DNA from: Halorussus marinus
GTDB lineage: Archaea > Halobacteriota > Halobacteria > Halobacteriales > Haladaptataceae
Direction: 5' to 3'
DNA: 64,000 nt
Assembly: GCF_004765795.1 (NCBI RefSeq)
Contig: NZ_SBIV01000003.1
Span: 310,001 to 374,000, forward strand
The notes beneath the pieces were generated by a model that searched no databases, was not told the DNA's origin, and was given only the letters and a program-made list of their open reading frames with translations. Positions 18,649 through 28,660 of this stretch are shown in pieces (the first letter of the stretch is position 1; every line of letters begins with the position of its first letter). Made by a program: the position numbers and the translations under genes.

Positions 18649-20892
18649 TTACCGCCCGAGCCCGCGCCGCTCGCGCACCAACTCGTCGACGAGCGCCACC
18701 GCCTGATCCGCGAGCAGTCGGTCGGACTCGCCGGCGTACCGGACCCGCTCGTAGATCTCGCCCACGCGCTCGGCCCGGCGGTCGATCCCCCGGATCGCGT
18801 CGAGGTACTCCCGCGGGGTTTCGCCCGGCCGGCGCTCGCGGAACCGATCCGCGAGGAGGTGTTCGAGCCGGGCGAACGCCCGCTCGACGTCGGTGTCGGG
18901 GTCGCGTCGGGGCTGCCAGTAGAGCCACGCCGTCCGCCTGAGGCGGGCGAGCGCGCCCGTCCGGCGGGCGGCCGCGAGCAGGCCAACGACCACCAGCCCG
19001 CCGAGCGCCGCCTCCTCGGGCGACGGCGGCCGGATCGGCACGTCGCCGGCGCCGTCCTCGGCTTCGGTGGTGGCGACTCCGATCTCCGGCGCCGAGTCGG
19101 TCCGGCCCACCTCCCGATCGGGCGCGAGCTGGGGTCGCTGGCCCGGTCCCGACTCCGCGACGGCGGTCAGGTTCTCGCTCCCGGTCCCGTCGTCGGTCGT
19201 CTCTGTTCCGGTCTCGTCCTCGGGCTGGGTCGTCGTCGGGGTCCACGTCCCGTTCTGGCTGTCGTCGGTGTCGACGTTCGAGACGTTGCGCTCGCGGGCC
19301 TGCTGGACGCGCTGGCTCTCGGTGTCCGCGCGGGGCCCGCCGGGCGTCGGGTCGAACTTCACCCAGCCGATTTCGGGGAAATACACCTCGACCCACGCGT
19401 GGGAGTCGAGCCCGCGGACGACCCACTCGTTCTCGGCGACCCGCTGGCCCGGCGTGTACCCCACCGCGAACCGGGCGGGCACGTCCTGCGAGCGGAGCAT
19501 CGCGACCATCGCGGTCGCGTAGTAGGTGCAGTAGCCCCGCTCCATGTCGAAGATGAAGCTCTCGGCGACGTTGCCGTCGGGCCGATCGACGTCGAGCGAG
19601 TACGCCTTGTTGGCTTCGAGCCAGTTCTCGATCGCGACCGCGGTCGCGTACGGCGTCTCGGCGCCCGCCGCGATCTCGTCGGTGCGCTCGCGGATCCGGT
19701 CGGCGCTGCTCGCCGGGAGCTGGCGGTACCGCTCGGCGATTTCCTCGGGGTAGTCGGTCCCGGCGGTCCGAAGCTCCGACTCGCTCGGGTCCGGGACCTC
19801 GCTGAGGACCGTGTACTGTTCGCCCTCGCGGAGCGCGCCGATCGGATCGAACGACCCCTCGGAGGTGACACGCGCGTTGTCGGCCCCCGTCCGGAGCCGG
19901 ACCGGCCGCCACGCCGCGGGCATCGCGCCGAGCCGATCGGCCTCTACCGTCACCGTCTGATCGAGGGTCCGACTCGGGCCGGGCGGGGCCGACTGGGCCC
20001 GGTAATCGGTCGCCTCGCCGGTCCGAATCCAGCCGTCGCCGTCGTAGCGGTCGTACGCGCCGACCCGCCAGTACCCCCGCCGTTCGGCCTCGACCGAGAA
20101 CCTGACGGTCGGCGAGAGCTCGATGGAGCCGACGATGTTGGTCCGCTCGTCGTTGTTGACCACGCTCCCCTCGACGGTCTGGGGACCGGCCGAGCCGCCG
20201 GGCAGGATCGGGCTCGCGGTGCCGCCCGGGACGACGCTGATCGCCGACGACACCACCACCATCGCCACCAGCGCGATGGCGATGGCGTCGACCTGCGCGG
20301 CGGTCCCGCCCCGGCGGGCCAGCGTGCCGAACCCGAGCGCGCTCGCGGCCGCGAGCGACCCGACCAGCGTGACGAAGCTCCCGGCGTCGCCCGTCAGGAC
20401 GAAAAAAGTGAGCGCGACGCCGCCGGCGGCGACCGCGAGCGCGTAGCGTCGCCGGAGCACGAGATACCACGGCCCGAACGACAGCGCCGGGGCGACCCCG
20501 AGCGCCCACGCGCCGACCTCCGTCATCCGCAGGACCGACAGCCCGGTCAGCAGGGCGACGTTGTCCGCGAGTATCTGGCCCGTCGAGGTCGCCACGAGGT
20601 ACGGGCTCGGCACCGACAGGTAGTAGCCGCCAAGCCCCGCGCCGAGCAGACCCACGACCAGCGCGGCGGCGTAACTGACCGGGAGGTGGCGGGCGGCGAG
20701 CGTCGCGGCGACCAACGTCGCGACGACCAGCGCGGTCAACGCGGCGGTCCCGCCCACGATGTCGGTGACGTGGTAGAGCACGCTCAGGTACGTCGCCATC
20801 AGAACGCCCGTCGAGCCGACCGCGAGCCAGTGGTACGGGACCGCGACGTCGCCGAGTTCGAGTTCGCGACCCACCGCGGCGTCGGCGCTCAC
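18649..20892 (-). CDS. Membrane-anchored transglutaminase-like (TgpA-type) protein
   Basis: N-terminal TM region; YWRVGAYD, GYCTYYA (Cys), HAWVE (His), FDPT (Asp); GETPREY C-terminal domain. Confidence 0.92.
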   Translation of the reverse strand: MSADAAVGRELELGDVAVPYHWLAVGSTGVLMATYLSVLYHVTDIVGGTAALTALVVATLVAATLAARHLPVSYAAALVVGLLGAGLGGYYLSVPSPYLVATSTGQILADNVALLTGLSVLRMTEVGAWALGVAPALSFGPWYLVLRRRYALAVAAGGVALTFFVLTGDAGSFVTLVGSLAAASALGFGTLARRGGTAAQVDAIAIALVAMVVVSSAISVVPGGTASPILPGGSAGPQTVEGSVVNNDERTNIVGSIELSPTVRFSVEAERRGYWRVGAYDRYDGDGWIRTGEATDYRAQSAPPGPSRTLDQTVTVEADRLGAMPAAWRPVRLRTGADNARVTSEGSFDPIGALREGEQYTVLSEVPDPSESELRTAGTDYPEEIAERYRQLPASSADRIRERTDEIAAGAETPYATAVAIENWLEANKAYSLDVDRPDGNVAESFIFDMERGYCTYYATAMVAMLRSQDVPARFAVGYTPGQRVAENEWVVRGLDSHAWVEVYFPEIGWVKFDPTPGGPRADTESQRVQQARERNVSNVDTDDSQNGTWTPTTTQPEDETGTETTDDGTGSENLTAVAESGPGQRPQLAPDREVGRTDSAPEIGVATTEAEDGAGDVPIRPPSPEEAALGGLVVVGLLAAARRTGALARLRRTAWLYWQPRRDPDTDVERAFARLEHLLADRFRERRPGETPREYLDAIRGIDRRAERVGEIYERVRYAGESDRLLADQAVALVDELVRERRGLGR

Positions 20893-21929
20893 CGGTGCTC
20901 ACCTCCGTCGGTGACCGCGGCCCGTCCCGATCGCTCGGAACCCGGGGACACCGCGGGCTCGGCCGGCGGGCCCGCCAGCCGCGCGAACTCGACGCTCCGG
21001 CCGGCCGCGGCGACTCGGACCGCCTCGCCCTCGAACCCCTCGACGGCGACGTCCGGGTTGCCCCGACGCGAGTCGACGACGGTGCCGGCCGAGAGCCGGG
21101 CCAGCGCCGCGTACACCGCGATCCGGTGGGCGGGGCCCGTTCCGGGCTCGATCCGGTCGCTGGGGAGGGTGAGTCCGACCGCCACGCCGGCGTCGAGCAG
21201 GTAGCCCGCGACGCTCGCGGCGGCCTCGGCCGTCTCGTCGGCCCGGCCGGGGTCGGCCTCCGCGAGGAGTTCGATCCGCCCGCGCCGGTCGTCGGCCTCG
21301 TACTCCATCACGACGAGGTCGTCGGTCCGCTTGGCGCTCGTCTTCCAGTGGACGTCCCGGAGCGAGTCGCCCCGTTCGTACTCCCGGAGCTGGTCGAACC
21401 GGTCGCGGCCGTCGATCCCGAGGGTCCTGTCGAGCGCCGCGAGCTCGTTGGCGTCGGTCAGTCGCCGCCGCCGCGGGAACACCGTCACGTCCCGGCGGAT
21501 CGAGTACCGGTGGGTCGCGGTCCAGAGGCCGAACACGTCCTCGACGCGGAGCTCGACCGGCCCGACGGCGCCGACGCCGCGCTCGCGCAGTTCGAGCCCG
21601 AACGCGATCGGCTCGTCGGTGACGGTCGTCTCGACCGAGTCGCCCGCGAGGGCGAGCGGGCCCCGCGCGGTGAGCTCGACCGCTCCCGCGAGGGGCGTCT
21701 CGGTGTCGAACGCCACCGCGACCTCGGCGGCGTCGCCCGCGAAGCCGTACTCGGGCGCCTCGACTCGGAGGTCGGGCCGGGGCGTGCGCCGGAGCTGAAC
21801 GTATCCGGCGGCGAGCGCGACCGCCGCGGGCGCGACGACGCCGTTCAGCGAGCGCGCGCCGAACCAGCCCGCCATCGCGACCGCGACCGCGGCGACGGCC
21901 GCGACCGCCCAGCCGCGTCTCGTCAGCAT
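20889..21929 (-). CDS. DUF58-domain protein
   Basis: LREYERGDSLRDVHWKTSAK; lies between MoxR and the transglutaminase. Confidence 0.92.
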   Translation of the reverse strand: MLTRRGWAVAAVAAVAVAMAGWFGARSLNGVVAPAAVALAAGYVQLRRTPRPDLRVEAPEYGFAGDAAEVAVAFDTETPLAGAVELTARGPLALAGDSVETTVTDEPIAFGLELRERGVGAVGPVELRVEDVFGLWTATHRYSIRRDVTVFPRRRRLTDANELAALDRTLGIDGRDRFDQLREYERGDSLRDVHWKTSAKRTDDLVVMEYEADDRRGRIELLAEADPGRADETAEAAASVAGYLLDAGVAVGLTLPSDRIEPGTGPAHRIAVYAALARLSAGTVVDSRRGNPDVAVEGFEGEAVRVAAAGRSVEFARLAGPPAEPAVSPGSERSGRAAVTDGGEHR

Positions 21930-21930
21930 C

Positions 21931-22920
21931 TCAGCTCACCGGCACGTTTTCGAGCGCCTCGGCTATCAGCGCCGCACCGCTCGCGCCGCCGGTCTCGGCT
22001 CCGGTGCGGACGCGGTGGCGCAGGACGGCCTCGGCCTCGGCCTGCACGTCGTCGGGAACCACGTAGTCGCGGCCGTCCAGCACCGCCCGGGCCTGTCCGG
22101 CCCGGAGGAGCGCGATCGACCCGCGGGGGCTGACCCCGAGGTCGGCCCGCTCGCGGGTGTAGTTCGCGAGCCGGGTGACGTACTCCCGGACGGCCGCCTC
22201 GGCGGTCACCCCCGCGACGGTCTCGCGAGCGCGACGGACTTCCTCGCCGGTCGCGACCGGGTCGAGCCCCTCGATCGGGTGGCGACCGGTGACTCGCCGG
22301 AGCACCTCCGACTCGTCTTCGGGCGAGGGGTAGCCGAGCGTGAGCTGTTTCATGAACCGGTCGATCTCGGCGATGGGAAGCTCGTAGGTCCGGTCGCCGC
22401 CGACGTCGTTCTGGGTGGCGATGACGGTGAACGGCTGGTCGAGCCGATAGGTCTCGCCGTCGACGGTGACCTGGGACTCCTCCATGGCTTCGAGCAGCGC
22501 CGACTGGGTCTTCGGGGGGGCGCGGTTGATCTCGTCGGCGAGCACGACGTTGCCGAACACCGGTCCCGGCCGGAACTCGAACTCCCGGCTTCGCTCGTCG
22601 AAGACGTTCACGCCGGTCACGTCGGTCGGCATCAGATCGGGGGTGAACTGGACCCGCTTGAACTCGCAGTCGATCGAGCGTGCGAGCGACCGCGCCAGCA
22701 TCGTCTTGCCGACGCCCGGCACGTCGTCTAACAGGAGATGGCCCCGGGCGAGAATAGCTGTCACGATGTGTTCGGTCACGTCGTGGTGGCCGACGATGAC
22801 CTCCTCGACGTTCTCGACGATGCGTCCGGCGAGCGACGCGGCCTCGTCGACCGGCAACGGGGTCGGCGAGTCGTCGCCTCGTCGGGATGGGGGTGTCGGA
22901 TTCGGGTTGGCGTCCGTCAT
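21931..22920 (-). CDS. moxR: MoxR-family AAA+ ATPase
   Basis: DVPGVGKT, QFTPDLMP, LADEINRAPPKTQSALLEAM, SPRGS. Confidence 0.95.
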   Translation of the reverse strand: MTDANPNPTPPSRRGDDSPTPLPVDEAASLAGRIVENVEEVIVGHHDVTEHIVTAILARGHLLLDDVPGVGKTMLARSLARSIDCEFKRVQFTPDLMPTDVTGVNVFDERSREFEFRPGPVFGNVVLADEINRAPPKTQSALLEAMEESQVTVDGETYRLDQPFTVIATQNDVGGDRTYELPIAEIDRFMKQLTLGYPSPEDESEVLRRVTGRHPIEGLDPVATGEEVRRARETVAGVTAEAAVREYVTRLANYTRERADLGVSPRGSIALLRAGQARAVLDGRDYVVPDDVQAEAEAVLRHRVRTGAETGGASGAALIAEALENVPVS

Positions 22921-23075
22921 GGGTTTGTGGGCGCGGGAAGGGGAGACGGGAACCGCATCGGTCGCCCCGGCGTGGGCCTGACACCCACACCTTACTTCCC
23001 CAGCTTTGAAACCTTTGTCCCGAGAGGCGGGCTTCGCCGGTTCGAGACGGCCCGAGGGCTCCGATTTCGCCCGCG

Positions 23076-23309
23076 TTACCACTCCTTGCAGTCGCCACAC
23101 ACCAGCGCGCCGTCGTCGCGCCACCGGCGCTCGACCGACTCGCCACAGTCGGCACACTCGCCGCCCCGGGGCGACCAGGCGTAGGTCGACCGCGCGGGCT
23201 CGACGCTCGGGGCGTCCGCGGCGGCGCTCGACTCGCCGTCGCTCGCGTCCGATCCCGCGTCGTCTTCGCCCGACGCGGCGAAGGCGTCGAGCGATGCGTC
23301 TTCGGTCAC
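23076..23309 (-). CDS. Small zinc-ribbon protein
   Basis: GTG start VTEDASLDAF; STYAWSP..CADCG..RRW..CGDCKEW. Confidence 0.8.
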   Translation of the reverse strand: MTEDASLDAFAASGEDDAGSDASDGESSAAADAPSVEPARSTYAWSPRGGECADCGESVERRWRDDGALVCGDCKEW

Positions 23310-23466
23310 GTCCCGGGCTACGCCCGCCGGCGTGGTAAGCGTAGCGAAGCCGTCGGGCGCGCTCGCGGCGAGTCGCCGCGAGAGGCGGTCGCGTCGTGTC
23401 GTCCAGTCGGCCGACCCGTCTCGCGCGAACGGAGCAAACAAGTACCCCCGCCACACACGTTCGCAC

Positions 23467-23673
23467 ATGGTCAACCTCGTGCAGAACGTCCTGGACATGA
23501 TCAGCCTGTTCACCGACGTGGCGCTCAACACGCCGGTCACGGCGCTGTTGCTGTTGGTCGGGTTCGTGTTCGTCGCCGGGTCGTCGCTGATGCTGGCGTA
23601 CCTCGTCGCGGGCGCGGTCGTCGACCTCCTCACTCCCGAGTCGCTCGGTCGCAGGCCGCCCCAGCAAGGCTGA
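23467..23673 (+). CDS. Small membrane protein
   Basis: MVNLVQNVLDMISLFTDVAL followed by a long hydrophobic segment. Confidence 0.75.
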   Translation: MVNLVQNVLDMISLFTDVALNTPVTALLLLVGFVFVAGSSLMLAYLVAGAVVDLLTPESLGRRPPQQG

Positions 23674-24616
23674 TCGCGTCCGCCGGATCGGGACCGAGCG
23701 GCGACCCCGCGACGAAGCTGTCGGCGTAGGTCAACACCTCGGCGATCCTGTCTGCGACCCCGTCGACGGTCCCGGCGATGCAGAAGGCGTCGATCATCGC
23801 GGGGGTCACCGCCTCGAACGCCGCCGAGAACTCGCCTGCCGCCACTTTCTCGCCGATCGCCTCCGCGCGCTCGGCGTCGATGTCGTGACGCTCCAACACC
23901 GGCGGGGCCGCCCCGCCGACGATGAACGCGACCGGCGGCCGGGCGGCCTCGCGGGCGTCGTCGTCGTCTTCGGCGACGCTCACGCTGGCGTAGGCCGCGA
24001 AGTCGAACGCGCCGCGGTCGTCGGGCCGGTCGTCGAGGCCGGCCGCGACCTGCTCGTCGGCCCACGCGAAGTCCTTCGGGTGGGCGGCGTTGACCAGCAC
24101 GCCGTCGGCGTGCTTGGCCGCCATCCGGATCATGTGTGGCCCCTGTGCGCCGACGTAGGCGGGGACGCGCCCGACGGCGTCTGGATAGTTCAGCGCGGCG
24201 TCGGTCGCCTCAAAGGTCCCGTCGTGGTCGACGCACTCGCCGGCCCAGAGCTTCTGGGAGACCTTCATCGCTTCGAGCACGCGCCGGAGCGGCCGCTCGC
24301 GGTCGTAGCCGAGGTTCCGGAGGGTCGAGCGGTCGCCCGCGCCGAGTCCACAGACCGCCCGGCCGTCGCTGGCCTCGTCGAGGGTGGCGATCCGCGAGGC
24401 GAGGGTCACCGGGTGGGTCTCGTAGGGGTTGGCGACGCCCGGGCCCACCCGGACCTCGTCGGTGGCGGCCGCGATCCGGTCGAGCACGACGAACGGATCG
24501 CGGTTGTTGTAGTGACAGCTCGCGAACACGGTGTCGAACCCCTCGCGCTCGGCGGTCCGGCCGAGTTCGGCGAGCTCCGAGATCGGGTGCTCGGGCGTGA
24601 TCTCAATGCCCCGCAA
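23630..24616 (-). CDS. mer: F420-dependent methylenetetrahydromethanopterin reductase-like (LLM) oxidoreductase
   Basis: GIEITPEHP, HYNNRD, GVANPY, GAQGP, ADGVLVN; TTG start overlapping cofE. Confidence 0.93.
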   Translation of the reverse strand: MRGIEITPEHPISELAELGRTAEREGFDTVFASCHYNNRDPFVVLDRIAAATDEVRVGPGVANPYETHPVTLASRIATLDEASDGRAVCGLGAGDRSTLRNLGYDRERPLRRVLEAMKVSQKLWAGECVDHDGTFEATDAALNYPDAVGRVPAYVGAQGPHMIRMAAKHADGVLVNAAHPKDFAWADEQVAAGLDDRPDDRGAFDFAAYASVSVAEDDDDAREAARPPVAFIVGGAAPPVLERHDIDAERAEAIGEKVAAGEFSAAFEAVTPAMIDAFCIAGTVDGVADRIAEVLTYADSFVAGSPLGPDPADAISLAGAACDRATRE

Positions 24617-25367
24617 ACTCCCACCCCCTGAGCGCCTGGCGCACGAAGTCCCCGTCGACGTCGCGGTAGAGGTTCTCGCTCCCGCCGTGGTCGCCGAACT
24701 CCCAGTCGCGGACCACCGCGACCGGGAGGCCGTCGTCGCCCTCGCCGGTGACGAGGTTCGCGGCCGAGGCGAGTTCGTCGACGACCGACTCGACCGTGAC
24801 CGCGAGTTCGTGGCCGTCGCGGTCGGTCTCCCCGCGCCAGTCCCGGGAGGCCGGCACGCCGTCCCACCCGATCGCGACCCCGCGCTGGCCGTGGCGGAAC
24901 GGCCGCCCGCAGGTGTCGGTCACCACGACGCCGGGGTCGGCCCGGAGGGCCTCCCGGATGCGGGCGGCGCTCTCGCTTGGGCGCTCGGGCAACAACAGCA
25001 GGTCGGCGTCGCCGCCGACGTTCGACCGGTCGATCCCGGCGTTGACCCCGATGTGGCCGAACTTCGTGGCGGTGAGCAGAAACGGCGCCTCCATCAGGAG
25101 CTCGGTGCTCTCTTCGAGGACGGCCTGTGCGAACCGGGGGTCTTTCTCGTCGCCGGAGATCGACGCGAGTCGGTCGGCGATCTCCCGGGCTCTGGGGCCG
25201 GCCGGAAAGTCCTCGAGGTCGGCGAGCCGCCCCTCCGCCTTCGAGACCACCGTGCTCGCCACTACCAGTACGTCGTCGTCCCGGAGGTCGGTCCGCTCCT
25301 TGACGAGGGCCGCGAGGTCGTCGCCCGGCCGGACCTCGGGCAGGCCCGGCACTGCGAACACGTCCAT
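24603..25367 (-). CDS. cofE: Coenzyme F420-0:L-glutamate ligase
   Basis: LPEVRPGDDL, STVVSKAEG, NAGIDRSN, TDTCGRPFR, DELASAANL. Confidence 0.95.
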   Translation of the reverse strand: MDVFAVPGLPEVRPGDDLAALVKERTDLRDDDVLVVASTVVSKAEGRLADLEDFPAGPRAREIADRLASISGDEKDPRFAQAVLEESTELLMEAPFLLTATKFGHIGVNAGIDRSNVGGDADLLLLPERPSESAARIREALRADPGVVVTDTCGRPFRHGQRGVAIGWDGVPASRDWRGETDRDGHELAVTVESVVDELASAANLVTGEGDDGLPVAVVRDWEFGDHGGSENLYRDVDGDFVRQALRGWEFAGH

Positions 25368-25526
25368 GACCGGACGTTGGGCCGTCGGCGATAAAAACCC
25401 GCCCGAAACGGGCAAGGCCTACCCCTCCCACGCCCTCGACCGGATTCGAGCCGTCCGCGACGCCGACGGCCGGGGCTCGTCGCGGACACCCAACGGTTCA
25501 AACCTCTCGGGGCCGAACGCCCGCGC

Positions 25527-26798
25527 ATGGACGAGACCAGCGTCGTCACCTGCTTTCTCCGGAATCGCGGGGAAGTCCTCCTGCTCAAGCGCTCGGCCGA
25601 GGTCGGCTCGTACGCGGGATTGTGGGGCGGCGTCGCGGGCCACGTCGGGGGCGAGTCCGACGATAGCGCGGACGCCGCGGCCCGCGAGGAGATCGCCGAG
25701 GAGACCGGGCTCCTCGACGCCTGCGAGCTCGCGCGGAGGGGCGTCACCTTCGAGTTCACCGACGAGGACCTCGACACCCGGTGGGTCGTCCACCCGTACC
25801 TCTTCGACTGCGAGCGCCGCGACGTCGACCCCAACTGGGAGACGGCCGAGACCGAGTGGGCCCACCCCACCGAGATCCTGCGGCGCGAGACGGTCCCACA
25901 GCTCTGGACGTCGTACTCGCGGGTCGCTCCGACCGTCGATGCGGTCGCCGAGGACGCCGAACGCGGCTCGGCGATCCTCTCGGTCCGCGCGCTCGAAGTC
26001 CTGCGCGACCGTGCGGGGTCGTTCGCCGCGCGCGACTCGACGGACCTCGAAGCCGGCGGCTGGCCCGCGCTGGTCGCCATCGCCGAGCGACTGTGCGAGG
26101 CCCGACCGAGCATGGCGGCGGTCCCGAACCGCGTCGACCGCGCGATGGCGGCCGCGGCCGACGACCGGACGCCGGCGGCGCTCGAGGCGGCGGCCCGCGA
26201 GGGGATCGCCCGGGCGTTTCGGGTCGACGAGGACGCCGCCGCCCGCGCCGCCGAGGAGATTCGGGACGGGACGGCGCTCACCATCTCTCGGTCGGGCACC
26301 GTCCGGGCGGCGCTCCCCGCGGCCGACCGCGTGTTCGTCGCCGAGTCGCGTCCCGCCCGCGAGGGGGTCGGCGTCGCGGAGGCGCTGGCCGGCGACGCCG
26401 AGGTCACCCTCCACACCGACGCCGCGGTCGCGTACGTGCTGGCGACCGAGTCGGTCGACGCCCTCGTGGTCGGAGCGGACGCGGTGTTGCCCGACGGGAC
26501 GGTCGTCAACAAGACCGGCACGCGCCCGGCGGCGCTCGCGGCCGACCGGGAGGACGTTCCGGTGTACGCGGTCGCCTCGACCGACAAGGTCCGCACCGAC
26601 GACGCCGTCCGGCTCGAGGACGGCGATCCGACCGCGGTCTACGACGGCGCCGCCGACGTCTCGGCGCTGAATCCGACGTTCGACGCGACGCCAGCCGACC
26701 TCGTCTCGGCGATTCTCACCGAGCGGGGCGCGCTGGCGCCCGCCGAGGTGTCGGCCGTCGCCGAGGAGCTCCGGGCGCTGTCGGCGTGGCGCGAGTGA
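25527..26798 (+). CDS. NUDIX / eIF2B-like (ribose-1,5-bisphosphate isomerase fold) fusion
   Basis: N-terminal WGGVAG..AREEIAEETG; C-terminal RPSMA, ESRP..EG, VGAD, NKTGT, NPTFD.TP, ILTERG. Confidence 0.88.
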   Translation: MDETSVVTCFLRNRGEVLLLKRSAEVGSYAGLWGGVAGHVGGESDDSADAAAREEIAEETGLLDACELARRGVTFEFTDEDLDTRWVVHPYLFDCERRDVDPNWETAETEWAHPTEILRRETVPQLWTSYSRVAPTVDAVAEDAERGSAILSVRALEVLRDRAGSFAARDSTDLEAGGWPALVAIAERLCEARPSMAAVPNRVDRAMAAAADDRTPAALEAAAREGIARAFRVDEDAAARAAEEIRDGTALTISRSGTVRAALPAADRVFVAESRPAREGVGVAEALAGDAEVTLHTDAAVAYVLATESVDALVVGADAVLPDGTVVNKTGTRPAALAADREDVPVYAVASTDKVRTDDAVRLEDGDPTAVYDGAADVSALNPTFDATPADLVSAILTERGALAPAEVSAVAEELRALSAWRE

Positions 26799-26825
26799 GT
26801 TCGCGGGCGACGTCGACCGGGTCGC

Positions 26826-27002
26826 TCACCCGCTCCAGCCGCCGCCGACGTCGCCGCCGACGCGGTCGCGCCACGCGTCGAAGCGGTCCTCGCACTCGGG
26901 CGCCTCCGCGACGTGTGCGAGGAAGCCGGCGCCGGGCGACGCGAGCGCGTCGCCACAGAACGGACAGCGGTTCGGGTCGTCCCAGGTTTCGCTCGTTGCC
27001 AT
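26826..27002 (-). CDS. Small CPxCG zinc-finger protein
   Basis: WDDPNRCPFCG..PGAGFLAH...C...GGWSG. Confidence 0.8.
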   Translation of the reverse strand: MATSETWDDPNRCPFCGDALASPGAGFLAHVAEAPECEDRFDAWRDRVGGDVGGGWSG

Positions 27003-27244
27003 AGCCGACACGGGGGCGACCAGACGTATGAATCCTTTCGACAAACACTATATTGAAATTCATGTGATTATATCACCCTAATATGCTTCGTCGAGATTAT
27101 CGCATTCCGGATAACTCATCAGCTATGCTCCACAGTCTCCGAAAACGTCGAGAAATGATCGTTACAGTCGTCTCTATACGTCCTTATATTCTACAGCCAG
27201 AATTATAACAACCTTCTTATCCGCCGGCGCGCTGGACTCGCCTA

Positions 27245-27373
27245 ATGGCAACGACCCCTCCGACCACCGCCGAAACGTACCGCTGTCCCGAATGTCGCGG
27301 CGTCCTCTCGTTCGACGCCGGCTCGTGGGGCTGTACCGACTGTAGCTACGTCCCGCCCCACAGCGCGGACTGA
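27245..27373 (+). CDS. 42-aa CPxC zinc-finger micro-protein
   Basis: Not in the ORF track: MATTPPTTAETYRCPECRGVLSFDAGSWGCTDCSYVPPHSAD; CTTAT about 28 nt upstream. Confidence 0.75.
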   Translation: MATTPPTTAETYRCPECRGVLSFDAGSWGCTDCSYVPPHSAD

Positions 27374-27391
27374 CCGACTGCTCTTTTCGAC

Positions 27392-28660
27392 TCAATCGTC
27401 GCCGTTCGCGGCCGCCGGCCCCGCCCCGGGCGCGGCGGTGTCGCCGTACAGCGTCCGGGCCGCGAGCGCGCCGGCGACCCCGACGAGGCCGACGCACGCC
27501 AGATACTCGACCGTGAACCCGAACGCGGTCGCGAACGGGAGCGCCACCAGCGGGCCCAGCGTCGACCCGAGGTCGCCGAACACGTTGTAGACGCCCCCGA
27601 GCTTGCCGACGTCGTCGTCGGGGCTGATGTCGCCGAGATACGCGAGCAACGGCGGGTTCGTCCCGCCGACGCCGATCCCGATGAGCGCGACCCCGATCAG
27701 CGTCGATTCGAGCGTCTGGACCAGCGCGAGCACCGCGAACCCGGCGGCGAAGACGGCGAGCGCGGGGAGGCTGAGCGCCGCCCGGTTCGAGAGCCGGTCG
27801 GAGTAGCGCCCGACCACGAGCGTGGTCAGGCTCGATCCCAGCACGCTGACCGCCATCACGAGCCCGCTCGCGCCGACGCCCGACAGCGATCCGATGCCGA
27901 TGCCGTACTCCTCGGCGTACAGCACGACGGTCGACAGCAACACCCCCGCGAACAGGAACCGGACGACGAAGTTGATCGCCCCGACGGTGAAGATGCGGCT
28001 GTCTGCGCCCACCAGCGCCGGGAGGTCTCGGAGACTGCTCGTGGCCGACACGTCGGCGTTGACGTCCGGGAGCACGAGCGCCGCGACGACCGCGGCGAAC
28101 ATGGCCGCGACGCCCGCGGTCAGGAACGCCTCGGTGTAGCCGAACGCGTCGGTGACCAGTCCCCCGACGACGAGCCCCGCCGGGAAGCCGAGGCTCTGGC
28201 CGCCCCGCATGTAGCCGACCCACTTGCCGCGGTTCTCGGGGGTCGTGATGTGGGTGATGGTGCTGAACGCCCCGACGAAGACGAACGCCGACCCGAGCCC
28301 CCACGTCGCCCGCGAGACGAGGAAGATGGTGGCGCTGTCGAGCGGGATCGGGCCGGGATTGAGCCCGAGCACGTAGCCGAACGGGACCAGCCCCTGGACG
28401 AAGAAGCCGAGGATCATCGGGCGTCTGGTCCCCATCCTGTCGAGAATCTGGCCCGCGGGGGTGTTGAACAGCAGTCGCGTGAACCGGTTGATCGAGAGGA
28501 TGACGCCCACGAGGAACGGCGAGATGCCGATGATCGGACCGAGCGACGGGATTGTCGGGAACGCGACCCCGCCGCCGAGCCCGCCGAGGAACACGCCCGC
28601 GATGAGGCTCCCGACGACGTACGGGACGCTCGGGTCTTCGGCGCCGAACAGCCGGCTCAT
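27392..28660 (-). CDS. MFS transporter
   Basis: About 12 TM segments; GQILDRMGTRR and GRYSDRL motif-A loops. Confidence 0.92.
   Translation of the reverse strand: MSRLFGAEDPSVPYVVGSLIAGVFLGGLGGGVAFPTIPSLGPIIGISPFLVGVILSINRFTRLLFNTPAGQILDRMGTRRPMILGFFVQGLVPFGYVLGLNPGPIPLDSATIFLVSRATWGLGSAFVFVGAFSTITHITTPENRGKWVGYMRGGQSLGFPAGLVVGGLVTDAFGYTEAFLTAGVAAMFAAVVAALVLPDVNADVSATSSLRDLPALVGADSRIFTVGAINFVVRFLFAGVLLSTVVLYAEEYGIGIGSLSGVGASGLVMAVSVLGSSLTTLVVGRYSDRLSNRAALSLPALAVFAAGFAVLALVQTLESTLIGVALIGIGVGGTNPPLLAYLGDISPDDDVGKLGGVYNVFGDLGSTLGPLVALPFATAFGFTVEYLACVGLVGVAGALAARTLYGDTAAPGAGPAAANGDD

Noticed and set aside
18649..22920. MoxR-DUF58-transglutaminase operon as a novel system
   Set aside because: Widespread, already described gene triad; catalytic motifs are ordinary.
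23630..23673. 44-bp convergent overlap of mer and a small membrane gene
   Set aside because: Short tail-to-tail overlaps are common in compact haloarchaeal genomes.
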